A stretch of DNA of 63,779 nucleotides, filler included, from Octopus bimaculoides (Eukaryota), in NCBI RefSeq assembly GCF_001194135.2. It is 8 parts of 7 records of this genome, joined end to end, with 100 filler letters (N's around TTAATTAATTAA, not from the genome) between each part and the next. Parts side by side here need not be neighbours in the genome. Positions count along the whole stretch, not along the records: positions 61,126 to 63,779 come from NC_068996.1; 7 more parts are not named here. One strand, written 5' to 3'. Shown here in pieces: positions 62,111-63,779 of the stretch (positions within the stretch are counted from its first letter, which is position 1; each line of letters starts with the position of its first letter). Both the position numbers and the translations under genes were made by a program. The notes under the pieces are model-generated. The model searched no databases. It had not been told where the DNA came from and worked only from the letters and a program-made list of their open reading frames with translations.

Positions 62111-62864
62111 AGTAGTGATGGATATGATGATGACATCAATCAGTGATTGTGATGTTGTTATCAGCAATGATGAGTGCCGATACCAAATGTGACCATTGTT
62201 TGTAATACATACTATGTGACAGATTATCATTTATTATGACAATGATATGTAGGAAGAAACCATATATACTAAATGCCGAAATAGTAACAGGAAATAACAA
62301 GTCAAATTGTTATTTATTTTATATTATTTTCTTAAATTTCATTTTGAAACACACGAAAACAAAAAAAACAAGAAATTAGAAAAGAAAGAAAGAAAAAAGA
62401 AATGGCTTCCCCATTTCTTTTTCCTCATCCTCCTTAGAACTAATAACATTGGTCCTGCCTAAACTTAAGAAACCTTGAGAATGGATGTGTGTGTGTGTGT
62501 GTGTGTGTGTAATGAGTTGGGTAGAAAGAAGGGTATGCATGTGTGAGGGTAGATAATGAAAGAGAAATGTGTCAGCGAGTGAAAGAAGTTATAGATAAGA
62601 CAAACAGTCATGAGATAATAGAGGGATGGATGGGTGGGTGGTCTGTGGAAATATATGAGGTGAGTTAGTAAATTGTTCTCTGTAACGAATAAAAAAAACA
62701 AAAATTCAAAAAAAATTCTTCTTAAGTGAACCAGTTAGTTGTTTGTCATTTTACACCAGCTGCTCCGATAATATTAATGCACATTCTTACACTGTAAGAT
62801 ATAAAGACAATTGTTCTTATGAATCGGCGACCTACTCTGTGAATGCATTATTATATCACTGAGT

Positions 62865-63100
62865 GAATGCAGTGAGCTGGCGGAATTGTTAGAATGCCAG
62901 GCAAAAAACACTTACTGGCATTTTGGCATTTCGTCTGTCTTTATGCTCCGAGTTCAAATTCTATCAAAGTCGACATTGTCTGTCATTCTTCTGGAGTCAA
63001 CAATAAAATAGGTACCAATTGAACATTAGTGGGTGGATATGATCAACTTAGCTCCTCCTCTGAAATTGCTGGCCTTGTGCCAAAATTGAAGACCATAATT
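62865..63100 (+). mobile_element. SINE family B, decayed
   Basis: gcagtgagctggcggaattgttag...gagttcaaattc...ggccttgtgccaaaa. Confidence 0.7.
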
Positions 63101-63119
63101 ATTCTTTTGTTGTTTTATT

Positions 63120-63310
63120 TGTTTCAGCCATGCTGGAGCACCACCTTAAGGGGGTTTTAGTCGAACAAATCGACCCCAAGACTTATTTTTTGTAAGCCTA
63201 CTGCTTATTCTATTGGTCTCTTTTGCCGAACTGCTAAGTTACGGGGACATAAACGCACCAACATCGGTTGTCAAGCGATGGGTGGGGGGAGGGACAAACA
63301 CAGACACAAC
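63120..63310 (-). mobile_element. Family C repeat
   Basis: Reverse complement of 13800-13975 (ccatgctggagcaccacc...gccgaactgctaagttacggggac). Confidence 0.75.
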
Positions 63311-63368
63311 ACAAATATATACATATATATGTAATATTATAAATAATATATATATATGCATATATGGG

Positions 63369-63774
63369 TACAGGACATCAACAACTGTGTAAACAATATG
63401 AAGTATGTAAACAAACAAGTTAAATATGCAAACGAGAGAAAACTATTTTCCTCTTGTTCTAGTCTAACAACCCCCACCTCATGTTTGTTTTTGTTTGGTT
63501 TCCTTGTATGTCTCCACTGTCCTGCTTTTGTTCCCAGCTTTGACCTTCCATAAATCCAAAATTTTATTTTGGAATTTATGGGGGCAACTGTCTTTGAAGA
63601 CTCATATTGTCATTGAATGCTCAAAATGAGGAGTAGATAGACAGCCGACAACTGATGAAGGGTCCTTTCTCTGTGTTACTTGTCTTATTTTCAATTTTTT
63701 TCTCTCGTTGTTTGCATATTTAACTTGTTTGTTTTAATACTTCATGTTGTATACTCAGTTGGTGATGTCCTGTA
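63369..63774. mobile_element. Family F element with ~75-bp terminal inverted repeats
   Basis: tacaggacatca...aaacaaacaagttaaatatgcaaacgagagaaaa vs ttttctctcg..tttgcatatttaacttgtttgttt...tgatgtcctgta. Confidence 0.75.
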
Positions 63775-63779
63775 TACAT

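Noticed and set aside
62760-62800. Acceptor followed by ct-gct-ccg, resembling the AAP start of an L1 Ig exon
   Set aside because: An in-frame stop follows after about 12 codons.

Overview
AT-rich, microsatellite-saturated eukaryotic genomic DNA from a gapped draft assembly. It is most consistent with an octopus/cephalopod, inferred from the repeat families and not provable from the window alone. About 90% is repeats and N-gaps: several tRNA-derived SINE families, decayed non-LTR retrotransposons (R4/Dong clade x4, Tx1/L1 clade x2, RTE x2, Penelope x2), a hAT transposase relic, foldback/MITE-like elements and minisatellites. The only host coding sequence I can support is three + strand exons of an L1-family cell adhesion molecule (neuroglian/L1CAM/NrCAM-like): two Ig-domain exons (56987-57192, 58612-58746) and a terminal cytoplasmic-tail exon (53276-53777). 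The terminal exon paradoxically lies upstream of the Ig exons. It ends in a PDZ-type motif (TTFV*), has the ankyrin-binding FIGQY motif replaced by YEEY, and carries a 24-tyrosine Y/D/G-rich insertion. The most striking non-coding signal is a cluster of four minimal hammerhead-ribozyme motifs at 30.6-33.1 kb, two of them as inverted twins inside a 532-bp TSD-flanked element inserted into a 60-bp minisatellite. No CRISPR, rRNA or bona fide tRNA genes were seen. Repeat boundaries are read by eye and are approximate unless a TSD is given.
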